Assembly: GCA_002269645.1 (NCBI GenBank)
Contig: NIVC01000012.1
Span: forward strand, 496,001 to 560,000
Origin: Macrostomum lignano
Taxonomy: Eukaryota
Length of the DNA: 64,000 nt
Direction: 5' to 3'
The notes under the pieces were generated by a model. That model did no database searches. It was given only the letters and a program-made list of their open reading frames with translations, and was not told the DNA's origin. The position numbers were made by a program, and so were the translations under genes. Position 1 is the stretch's first letter. Every line of letters begins with the position of its first letter. Positions 46,156-57,836 of the stretch are shown here, in pieces.

Positions 46156-48872
46156 ATGCCAGCACCAGTTCTCATCTACCTGGCCTTCGTCGGCGCCGCT
46201 ACGTCAGCGGCCGCATCGCCAGTCTCGCCAGACGATGCTGTGGTGGCAGCGCTGAAGCTCGGCACCGAGTATAACAAAGCAATCCGACCGCCGCCTGACA
46301 GCGGATTCGCCAACATCCTCAATGTCTTCATCTATCTGAACTCCATCGTTAAAGTGGTGAGAGTGTCTTAGCGCTGTTGGGTCATGCTCAGCTTTAGTCG
46401 CAACAGTTAATAAAATAATATTAATAACTTATTATCAATAGCGGTAGCCTAGCGGTAGAATCATGTAGGATTCTAGTGGTAGTTTCACTCCGCAAAATAG
46501 TCTTCTGAAGCTGGTTAGCATTTGCAGCGTTCATTGGAAGATGACCTGTTAAGACCTGTTAAAATCTAGCAAGTACGATGTTTTCTGTTGGTTAAAGACG
46601 TCTATTTATAATGATAAAACAGTTAATCTTGCCCTCCACTCTTCTCCGTCTATGGCCATCCACACAATGGTGGATTTGGTTTTGGAGTTAGCCAAATATA
46701 CCCGTATTCGTTTTTACGAGCAGCGAATCCACAATAAACTAAAAAACCATAGACATAATCTGTCATTATTCTATGGCCTAACCGAGCCTTAATAATTGTC
46801 CAAGGAACGCCATTATTCCAGGCTTCCAACGCGCATTTCAACCATAGACAAAACCCTCTAACTCTTCCCTTTAGTCTTTCTATCCAAGCTCTAAAATTGT
46901 CTATGGCCAATCCTCTGAAACAATTCTAAGCGGTACGCAATGAAAACATCTATGCGGTACGGAATGATCGGTACGCAATGATCGCGGGACTCGTTTAGGC
47001 CATAGAATAATGAGCGTGATTATAGAACAATGAGGCCATACAATCGACACAATCGACACAATCGATAATTGATTAGCTAATTAGTGACGCAATATTCTAA
47101 CTATTTTCAGGATTCTGCTAATCAAGAGATACAACTCAAGGTGTGGTTGCTATTGGTAAGCCTATATTAGGTTTGTATTTTGTAGCTTCCCCACAGGGCT
47201 TTGATGCCAATTAATTATACCATTATTACAGCACTGGACCGACAGTCGCTTGGCTTGGAAAGGACAGTTCAACTCCAGCCTGGACCATGTCCACGCCATC
47301 ACCCTTCCGGCTTCTTCCCTTTGGCAACCTGACGCATCTTTTTACGACGTGTGAGCCGAAATTATTTTTCTTGAATTTGAATTGAATACAAATACTGTTA
47401 CTCTTCATTTCAACAATTTACTTTAGGGTGCAGCTCTCGGATGCTACAGAGGACCGCGCGATTCTTTCCGTGATGTCCTCTGGCATCGTGCTGCGCAGTA
47501 CCGGAATGATCCTGTCCACAAAGTGTAGCATGTATATGCAGATGTTTCCATTTGACAAGCAAAACTGCTTTGTCAGGCTCTCGAGTCTGCAGCAGGCTAC
47601 GGGATCTACTCAAATCCGCATCAAGTCCCTATACGAGAATGACGAACCGACAAGGTACGTCATGAAGAGCAGCGAGTTCTGCATTCTGTGGGTGCGGCTA
47701 GAAAACGGATCGTTTGGCTTCTTTGACACGGCGGTGCTCCGGGTCGGATTTCAGGTGAATTGTTGTCCTTGATCATGTTTTAGACTGCGGGGGTCGGCAG
47801 ACTCCGGCCCGTGGGCTACATGCGGCTCGCAACGCCTCTCTATCCAGGCTTCGGGGGTCCTTTGAAACTTCACAATAGCAATCCGGCCCGCTCGGGTTTG
47901 TGTCTCTTCTCAGCTCTCTTCGTCTCGTCTCCTCTCTCTTCTCCTCTCTCTTCTCCTCTCTCTTCTCTCCTATCCTCTCTGCTCTTTTCTCCTCTCCTCT
48001 CTCCTCTTCTTTCTCCTATCCCCTCTCCTCTGCTCTCTATTCGCCTCGCCTCTTGCCCCTCGCATCTCTTCTCTCATTTCTCTCCTCTATTATCTCTCCT
48101 TTCTACCATCCTCTGGCCCGCAGTCAAGCGCTAAGCTCTGTATTTGGCCCTTGAGGTAAAGTTTGCCGACTCCTGTTCTAGAGAAATGAAAAACCGCACT
48201 TTTAGATTAAGATCACTAATTGCAGCGACTTCCGACTTTCTACATGATAAACCTGATGTTGCCCAGCATTCTTCTGCTTGGAGTCTCTGCGCTTGCCTTC
48301 CACCTGCCTCCAGGGTGCGGCGAGAGAATCTCCTTCAGCATCACCATCGTGCTGTCCATGTGCGTGTTCCTGCAACTGGTTGGCAACTACACGCCCACGC
48401 AGAGCGAGTCCGTGCCTCTCATCAGTGAGTCAAGCACAATGGCCTACCCTCGTTAGTTGCCTTCGCTGCAGTTGATTAAAATTTGACGCTATTACTTAAC
48501 ATTCCAGCCTGGTACTTCAGTTTGGCCGTGTTTATGACAGTCCTGAACGTGTTCTGCAACGCATTCGTTCTAAGCTGCCACTTCAAGCAGGAGAGCAGCG
48601 TCAGCAGCCGGTTCGTTCGTGCAGTCTTTCTCAACCGATTCGTCCTCGGTCGATGCTGCCAGCGGAAAGTCGCATCCGGCGCAGCCGATGCAGATGATGA
48701 AGTGTCACAGATCTCCGACTCCAGTTTTGTCAAAAACGAATGGAAGACTGTTGGATTTTGCGCTGATCGGCTGTTCTTTAAAGTGTTTGTGAGCGTCGGT
48801 GTGGCTCTGATGGCCGTGCCGTTTGCTATTTTCTTTGTAACTCTGAACACCAACTGCATTGGCGAGCTCTAG
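46156..48872 (+). CDS. Divergent Cys-loop ligand-gated ion channel subunit (nAChR-like, non-alpha, cation-type M2), 418 aa
   Basis: Exons 46156-46356, 47111-47155, 47232-47350, 47427-47754, 48226-48424, 48508-48872 (GT-AG, phases consistent, 1257 nt). Signal peptide; YNKAIRP; LWQPD; Cys loop CSMYMQMFPFDKQNC; M1 FYMINLMLPS; M2 GERISFSITIVLSMCVFL; M4 DRLFFKVF. Confidence 0.93.
47788..48175. mobile_element. hAT-like MITE with CT-rich core in Cys-loop intron 4
   Basis: Termini CGGGGGTCGGCAGACT / AGTTTGCCGACTCCTG; subterminal GGCCCGTGGGCTACATGCGGC motif typical of non-autonomous hAT elements; right flank TTCTAGAG. Confidence 0.7.
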
Positions 48873-49317
48873 GAGCTGGTAGAAACTGAAGATTAACAAC
48901 TGTCTTGATATTACATTTTAGTCTGCTTTAAACGAAATTAATTCTGTCATTCTGGCAATTGTAGCTGCTACCTCAGAAACGTCAAAATATTTCTATAGTC
49001 GTGACTTAACGCAATAATTTACCTAACTTAAAACCCATTGAACAGTTGGTTAATTGACTTACTTACTACTCATGCAGTCGTGTATTGAGTAAGCAGTTTA
49101 GACCATTTGTCCAAGCCATTGGTATTTAATTTTTCATTTAGAAACTTAATAAACAAATTGAAGTTAAATTGGTGTTTTTGTGCTTCGAATCTAGCATACT
49201 CGATTTTATTCTGAGCATAAGAAACCGGTCATTGGTACAGCATCACATCTACGGTATTGTAGGAAAACTGTACTTTTTCAACTAAAATAAAAAAAATAAA
49301 AATGTTTATTTTTCAAG

Positions 49318-50030
49318 ACCGATCGCCGGGACCTTCGAGTGGCGAGACAACCCTGCCCCCGTCGAGTTACCTGCTGGTTGACCACGCCGTCGACGCCACC
49401 AAGCCATCTCATTCTCTGGCGATGAAGGCGTCTGGGCCGGCATGCCGCGAACCGCAGCCTCTGCTTTGGGTGAGACACCGCCCTGCACTCTGAAGCAGCT
49501 CTACGTCGTACATATAAAAGGCTTTGTATAATCACTATGCTTTTGGCTGCTTAGAGATCAATATTTCTCTTTATATGAATAAAGTTTTCAAGCCTAAGAT
49601 AGCTGTTAAGCATAGACTTTGAGCCTTGATATCTCAGCAACTCATACTCGGTTCTTGTTAACAACAATGAAAAGTGTTTCGACAACATACATGTAAACGT
49701 CGAGCTTAAGCTGGAGCAGGCTTATCAGGAGGCGATCGAGTCTCTGTGGGCGCCCGGGACGGTCGAACGTCCCGCAATGCTCCGCGGTTTATGAGCAACT
49801 GCAGATCTTCAGCATTCTGGACAGAGACAGCTGGATTCTTCAATTCTTTCGTTAACTGCGATTTCAAAGAATTCAAAGGCGACTGGGGGCACACGAACTG
49901 CTACTGCATCAACGCGAACGGCCTGTACTTCTCTACGCCTGCGGCTCTGCACCTGCCCAGCTATGAAGCTTCTTTCACGGAAATTTATGTACAAAACGTA
50001 CGTACGCATCTATGTAAAATGCTTACGTGA
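49318..50030 (+). pseudogene. Possible degenerate exons (49318-49469, 49711-~49997) with C-type-lectin-like words
   Basis: GC-rich, exon-like blocks bounded by TTTTTCAAG| and |GTGAGA; GTFEWRD and CREPQPLLW motifs; one frame joins the next block but carries TGA at 49379. Confidence 0.3.
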
Positions 50031-50264
50031 AACTCCACGACACTAAAAGCAATCTTGAATAGCTATTTAAAATTTAGACATGTTTCCTAACTGAGTTACT
50101 TAAATCTGAGCTTAAAATGCAGCTTGTATTTCAATCGATAGTAGTAGCGTTTGGGCTCTTCTATTTTTTGGAAAATAGTTTCAGTATTCTTTCATAAACT
50201 CGATGGCAATCTTTTTGGCATTGGATTAAAAAAAATGGCGTGAAGCGCTTAATTAACGAACTAA

Positions 50265-50297
50265 CTAATTAATTAACTAACTAACTGACTAACTTAT

Positions 50298-50342
<45 letters not shown>

Positions 50343-50343
50343 G

Positions 50344-50407
<64 letters not shown>

Positions 50408-50408
50408 G
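50265..50408 (+). repeat. (AACT)n microsatellite
   Basis: Direct inspection. Confidence 0.95.
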
Positions 50409-51387
50409 CTTTTATCATCCATAAGAAGCATGGGATCTGGTAAGGTAATAAATGCGCCAAAAGTTTGATGGCCCTCATGACTAAAGTGACCCCCCCAAAT
50501 CAGTATTTTTCTAGATTTGCAGTTAGTTTAGCATTCCCTCTCACGGTTGCACTTCAAAATAACTGGTCGCATTTACCATATTTACAGTGCAAGCCTCCTA
50601 TAGAACATATCTGAAGCATACCTACGCAAGTGAATTTAATATACGGTACGAGGCTCGTAACTGGCGCAGAAAAAGCAGTCTAGAAAAAAGTACCACCTCC
50701 CCTTCTAGAGGCTCATCCATCAGCCCGAAGAGGCCGACAGAGTGCAAGCAACCCGCGGGAGCTGCAACTATGCAACAGCGTAAGGAGTAAGCTCGGGAAG
50801 GTCTAGCTAAATTAAAACTGCATGGGTAGCTACGGAGAAATGAAGTTTGGGTTATATTCTCCTGGCAAGACAGTTTTATTAGCTAGTACAACTATTTATT
50901 TCTGGAATAGCTCTATATGGTGTAGATAGCCCAGTCGACCTTGTACTGAACCTTGTCCAGCAGTCAGTCCCCACGCGCGGCTTAGAGGTTAAAAATAGCT
51001 ACAACTTTAGCTGGCTAGCGTAGCTCTTAATGGATTTCTACAGCCGGCTCATTTGTGTAGCTGATGCACCGCTGTTTAGGTCGTATTTCAATCCGATTAT
51101 TTGCCTCCTATTCACGCAGCTCGTAGCTGCATACATAGTCCGTACAGTGATACAGAGAGTGGACTATGAAAGACTAGCAGGCAGGCAACCGAGTCTATTG
51201 AGAATGAATTTAGGCGCCAACAGCGTAGCCAGTTGAGGATGGTTGATTCTAGCATCTTGTATTCAATTACTTTTTTAAATTGCTTTGTATTGTTCATATG
51301 TGCGTCTAAAAGTGGCAGTAGCTAGAGAAGTAGAAGTAAAAATGACGCCCCACGATTGTTTATTAACGATAGCGTAACCACGGTGGT

Positions 51388-51775
51388 TTTATCCACGATG
51401 TCTTATCCACAATGTCTTATCCACGATGTCCTATCCACGATGTCTTATCCACGATGTCTTATTCACGATGTCTTATCCACGATGTCTTATCCACGATGGC
51501 TTATCCACGATGATCCACGATGTCTTATTCACGATGTCTTATCCACGATGTCTTATCCGCGATGGCTTATCCGCGATGGCTTATCCCCGATGTCTTATCC
51601 ACGATGTCTCATCCGCGATGGCTTATCCACGATGTCTTATCCACGATGGCTTATCCCCGATGTCTTATCCACGATGTCTTATTCACGATGTCTTATCCAC
51701 GATGGCTTATCCACGATGTCTTATCCACGATGGCTTATCCACGATGTCTTATCCACGATGTCTTATTCACGATGG
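51388..51775 (+). repeat. 14-bp minisatellite (TTATCCACGATGTC)
   Basis: Tandem units. Confidence 0.95.
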
Positions 51776-52245
51776 CGCCTCTCGTACTTGTACTGGAGCT
51801 CCTTGCTGGCGGCTCCCCACCCAATAAAATATCCTTTCTGAGCCCCTGACAGTTGCAATTTTTTATTAAGAATCTTTCAGGCTTAGAATACAGCTAAAAA
51901 TCATGTCTTTCAATTTTCATAGTGAACTAAAAACGTCGATTAAAACAAAGCTTGGGATTTTCTCACGCAAGCAATTTACTCGTTTGCTTTTCTACTAGCC
52001 GTAAAAACGGATTTTTATTGACTGGGGGTATTGATCAGAGACTCAAGAATTTAATATTGATAAGAGAGACCCGAGAGCCCTATATTTATTAACGTTCAGT
52101 GAAAGCCATGGATTAGCGTAGAGGGTTGCTTTACAGTTGTTACAAGCAAATTAAAAAGCAAGTCAGAGCAAATGGAGAATCAGTTTATATTACCCTGGCG
52201 TCGAGAGAGAGAGAGAGTATCAGTTATTGAAACCAGCATTTAAAG

Positions 52246-52581
52246 TCAAGGACTTTGTACCGACTTAATAATGTCTTTCACCTTCTCCGGTGTTGGATCT
52301 TGCTGTCTCATTCCGATTTTAAAAACCCTGTTGCTATGGTAACCAATCGGCTTGTCGATGTTCTCCTTAGCGTTGCTGGAGATGCGCAGCGCTTTAAAGT
52401 CCGGCCGCCTGTTGAACTGGTACACCGCGTAGGCGCAGAGCATCGCGGCAGCGGCGCTCAAGGCGGTCAGTAGCGGGTAACTGTCCGGCGACTTGGCCAC
52501 TTTGAACACAAATTTGAATAACGTCGGATTAGGCTGAATTCTGCCGATTCGATGCGAGGACAGTTTGCTGTTGTTGGTCAT
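52246..52581 (-). CDS. NDUFA4/COXFA4 (B12D)-like small mitochondrial membrane protein, paralog A, 111 aa
   Basis: PDSYPLLTALSAAAAMLCAYAVYQFNRRPDF resembles the family pattern (P..PL, TM helix, Y, PD[V/F]); strongly similar to the 53933-54241 paralog. Confidence 0.7.
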   Translation of the reverse strand: MTNNSKLSSHRIGRIQPNPTLFKFVFKVAKSPDSYPLLTALSAAAAMLCAYAVYQFNRRPDFKALRISSNAKENIDKPIGYHSNRVFKIGMRQQDPTPEKVKDIIKSVQSP

Positions 52582-53039
52582 GCTTTGTATTGTTGCTACT
52601 ATATAGTATGGATTTTGTAATCAATATTAAGACAATCGAATCCTAAGAAAAAAGATGCTGAAAAATTTATTTAACACTTTAGAGTGAAAGTACTCTATAA
52701 ACTACCAGACTAAATCGCGTACTCTAAGCAATAGTCTATGGCGTCTGAGTCACCCTGACAATACGTCAAGACATCTTGTTTCAATTTGATGAAAATAATT
52801 ACTGGAGCCACAAACTTTGATTGAATGGTTGTCATTAGGCTGAAGGTCGGTACGCGGTTATCGCGTTTACATTCCTAACAATGAGAGAGAGTCAATGCTG
52901 CTGTACAACAATATTGTGTGAGTGCGTCGTGCAAGTGATGAGCAAATGAATCATTTGCAAAGTTGTACCAACCAAGCATTGGACCGTAGTACACATAAAT
53001 AGCATATTTCATCAGACAAACATGGTTCAACATGTGAAA

Positions 53040-53350
53040 AGCTGGGGTGTCGCCACCGGGAGGACCAGGTGGGAGACCCAGTAGAAGCTACAGGGGGACA
53101 TGCCAATGCTTTGTCCCCCCACCCCACCTTACGACCCGTTATGAAAATCAATAATTTTGCATCAGGGTGACAAGTACGTAACTATATAGCGCTTGCGGCG
53201 CCAAAATGGGTGAATCTGTGGCGCCAAAATGAGTGCCTGCGGCTCCAAAATGAGCGCCTGTCTACGGCGCTAAAATGAGTGCCTGCGGCGCTAAAATGAT
53301 TGCTGACAACACCGATTCTGAATATAAATGTACTCATGTAGAATTCTTGA
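53040..53350. mobile_element. Decayed second copy of the 21-bp-minisatellite MITE
   Basis: GAGTGCCTGCGGCGCTAAAAT units followed by GCTGACAA..CGATTCT..ACATGTAGAATTCTTG, as in 9977-10379; GGGTGTCGCCA and CTTTGTCCCCC motifs upstream. Confidence 0.6.
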
Positions 53351-53932
53351 CTAAAAAAGTAATCATAAAGTAAAAAACAGACAGCATTAACAAAATCTTC
53401 TTTACTGTTAATAAGACAACACGATCCAAGCTTTATTGACTATATGGTAAATAAGTAGTAATTAATGATATAAAAGTGCGTCAATGGTACGTACCTTGCA
53501 ATATATTGCATAGGCTAGAGGCTTCATGAGCAATTTCCCTACCCAAACAAGTAGCTAAACGCGGTGCAAGAAAAGCAAATTGTATTCTATTTATCGCTCC
53601 AAAACGGAAACCTTCAGAAACAGAGTCGATTGATTCGATCAGAAGTTAAGTTTTTTTTTGCTTAGCAAAATTCTGTAAGAAAACTAAAGCAGAAAGGGCA
53701 AGTAGCATCAGATGTACTTTTAGTAACTCTTCAGAGCAACGAAAACAGAAATAGCATAGCTATAATAATTATTAGACCACGAGAAAACGATTTTAAACCT
53801 TGAAACTTTTCTACTGACTATTCGACATCTGGATAATAGTTGTAGTTGCTAACACGAATACACAGTAAAACAACGCAGTAAGGTATATACGAGGTCACTA
53901 TTAAATTGTTTATTTTTGTTTAAACCTTCCTT

Positions 53933-54241
53933 TCACGACGACCGCACCGACTTGATAATATCGTTCACATCCTTTGGCGTTTCATTGGTCTTCTTGCCAA
54001 TCCACATCAGTCGGTTGCTATGGTAACTCAACGGCTTATCGATGCCATCCTTGGCGTTGCTAGACACCCTCAGAGCCTTGAAATCTGGTCTCGTATAGAA
54101 CTGATACGTAATGAAGCCAGTGAGCATAGTCGCTGCCGTGCTCAGAGCCGCCAGCAGAGGGAAACTGTCCGGCGAGCGGACAATGCGGCCGATGACCTGC
54201 AAAAATGACGGGTTCACTGGCATGTGACGACCTTTGGCCAT
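53933..54241 (-). CDS. NDUFA4/COXFA4 (B12D)-like small mitochondrial membrane protein, paralog B, 102 aa
   Basis: MAKGRHMPVNPSFLQVIGRIVRSPDSFPLLAALSTAATMLTGFITYQFYTRPDFKALRVSSNAK..; roughly half identical to paralog A by eye. Confidence 0.7.
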   Translation of the reverse strand: MAKGRHMPVNPSFLQVIGRIVRSPDSFPLLAALSTAATMLTGFITYQFYTRPDFKALRVSSNAKDGIDKPLSYHSNRLMWIGKKTNETPKDVNDIIKSVRSS

Positions 54242-54563
54242 TATTTGGTATAGTTTTACACACGTTAAAAACCTTTCAAGGATCCGTGTGGCCAGCTTAT
54301 ACTGCTGATTTGGCCTTGCTGCCTTTCTCGAGAGGCAATTTATGGCCGGCGGCGCGTCAGTAATAAAAAAATACGGTAATATGCGTACGCGTACGATTGT
54401 ACACTCTCTCCGGGCCAATTAGAGGCGACCGAGGAGCTGCCGGACGGGAGTGGAGGGTGCGCAGCTGAAGACTGGGAGAAGAGCCTCGTTTTACAGAGAG
54501 ATGAGAAGTCACGCATTTTTGGCAATAGCTGCTGGCTGTTATCTATCTGGCTCCTCTCCACTT

Positions 54564-55396
<833 letters not shown>

Positions 55397-56603
55397 TAAG
55401 AAGCTAATGGAAATTAAAACAGAACTGCGGAAATGTCTAAAAAATCTTGTATGTGCGCAGAAATTGTGCCGTGCAACTATTTTATGGTTTAAGCATAAAT
55501 AACTTTGTATGCCTGCATGCAGACGGCAGTAACCAACTCATTATACCATTACAGAGCAGGCTTCCCTGAGTCACCCTATCGCAGCACGAAATGCATATTA
55601 CTGCATGATTCTCCCCACTTTACTTCAGCCTGCAGAACGTGTTCAGAAATGTTTCGGCGGTAGTTTCTCACCCCAGCCTCCCGGGCTACAGCCCCATGGT
55701 GAGAGAACAGCTCCCTGGCCTGCTTTTCTATTCAACTAATTCCTTGAAACGAAAACCTCATTTCCTCGCCCCTATGGAGCCGGTTATAAGCCTTACATGT
55801 AGGGTAGGCCTCTCTTCCTCCTCGCCTCGAGACAGCCGAGTTTGCTCCCTTCATCCCCCCCTGTCTACCCCACTCTCTCTCTCCTTCCCTGTTCCCTTGG
55901 CAAGCCTCAGCTTACTTGCACAAGGAGACTTTCTAGCCAGGGACTCCTACAGACGCCTGGAATAGAAAAATGGAAATTAGATGTTTTTATTACGTCTAGC
56001 TGCGGGGGCGTTGACAGTCCAGGTAGTTTGTAGAGGTCCTTGATTTAATGCGCCTCCCAATCAAGGATCCCTCTCTTCTAGCTTCCTCTCTATCCTTGTG
56101 TACATTGTTTGCACATTGCTCAGCACATATGTACATTATATAAAATCGTAGCTGTTATAATTCTAATGCAAGTACAGTCGGGTCCTTTGAAGGTACGCTG
56201 CAATGTCAGTCGGCGTATTTTTGTAAACTAACTAGCTAGCTGACTAAGCTAGACTTACCTTGTAGCCTCTCTCTCTCACCAGACTTTTTATTTAGACACT
56301 AAAAAACTGCATTAAGTTACATTGCTGCACTGCATTCAACTGCACCATAGCAGATAAGATGAAAGAAGTTTATTAACGTCCTTTCTAGTTATTTGCCAGC
56401 TATGTAATGTCTAACTGTTTGTCGTTTGCCTTTTATGCACCGCTATAATTGATAAAGGGTGTTTAGAACGTTTTTTAGTTGGAAACTTTTCACTTATGGC
56501 TAAGCGGATATGCTTGTCTCATTCTATATGCTTGTGTAGTTTTAAGCATGCAGCAGGACACTTAAACAGTATCTTAGAAACCTCAGAGAAATGTAGACTA
56601 TTG

Positions 56604-56915
56604 CTGGCGCCCCTGGTGCTAAAGCCCCTGTTGCTAAAGCCTCTGGTGCTAAAACCCCTGGTGCTAAAGCCCTTGGTGCTAAAACCCCTGGTGCTAAAGC
56701 CCCTGGTGCTAAAACCCCTGGTGCTAAAACCCCTGGTGCTAAAACCCCTGGTGCTAAAGCCCCTGGTGCTAAAGCCCCTGGTGCTAAAGCCCCTGGTGCT
56801 AAAGCCCCTGGTGCTAAAACCCCTGGTGCTAAAACCCCTGGTGCTAAAACCCCTGGTGCTAAAGTCCCTGGTGTTAAAACCCTGGTGCTAAATCCCCTGG
56901 TGCTGGCGCCCCTGT
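56604..56915 (+). repeat. 15-bp minisatellite (AAAGCCCCTGGTGCT)
   Basis: Tandem units bracketed by GCTGGCGCCCCTG. Confidence 0.95.
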
Positions 56916-57626
56916 GCTAAAGCAAGACAAGAAATAAATCCATAATGCTTTCAACTTCTGTACCTATCACTTATCAGTTTTAAAATAGCCAGACTGTAAC
57001 ATTAAAATGAAAATTTTTTTGTTGCTAAAAATCTCTGCACTTTGCTGATATAGCTATGACCTTGCAGTGATCTTTAACATTGCCCAAGTAAATGCATGTA
57101 TGTTTTGCACTGTTGCCATATTGTTGCCTCTATTTGCAAATAGTCCTACCTATGTAAGGATACAAGTAGTATGAATGGGTTTTTAAGTTTGATTTTTCAA
57201 CTAACCTGGGTTTTTTCTCTAGTCTGAGTTTGGATGTAATGCTAAAAATAAAACCCACGACGTCGAATATGGAATTCACGTCTCCCAATGTGGAATCCAC
57301 GACCCTAAATGTGGAATCCACACAACATCAAATACGGAATTAAATGGCTAGCCTCATTTTCGTAACTACATATATGCAACCAAACTATTACAGTAAATAA
57401 ATAACTCCAAAGACGTATTTAAATATCGAGAATGCTCAAGAATGAGCTTGAGACTGAAAAGACAACTTAAAAAGTTTTGGCGCCTTAAAGCAGCGACGCT
57501 CCGAACCTTCTTAGAGCCAAGACAATTAGGTCAAAAAACAACCCGATGACAGAAAGAGGATTTGGCAGCAGCAAAATTTGTTTATATAATTAAGAAAACG
57601 CTTTTTCTCTAGTGTTGATTTCCTGT

Positions 57627-57787
57627 GCAGCATTCCGACGTCCGCGGACGCACTGGTCGTTGATGGACGTCATTGGTGAATGGGCATTTTTATGTTACGC
57701 CGACGGATGAAGACGTTTATAGCGTCGGTCAACGGTGTAATATCAAACATTCGACGTCGGGTCCGGTTGGCAGACCTCGGAATGTTG
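57627..57787. mobile_element. Short MITE-like inverted-repeat element
   Basis: CAGCATTCCGACGTC .. GACCTCGGAATGTTG imperfect terminal inverted repeats; CpG-rich interior. Confidence 0.45.
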
Positions 57788-57836
57788 TATGGTTTAATCG
57801 GAACTAACAAGCAGGAACAGTTTTCTGAGGCGCGCA

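Noticed and set aside
49379-49381. Selenocysteine or readthrough interpretation of the in-frame TGA
   Set aside because: The context is not a known selenoprotein motif and no SECIS was recognisable; a nonsense mutation is simpler
50587-51236. Two short plus-strand ORFs that might be exons of a small gene
   Set aside because: They could not be joined into a convincing frame with ATG, splice sites and a recognisable product
51388-51775. TTATCCAC resembling bacterial DnaA boxes / oriC
   Set aside because: It is part of a 14-bp eukaryotic minisatellite, mostly TTATCCACG rather than TTATCCACA; no bacterial genes nearby
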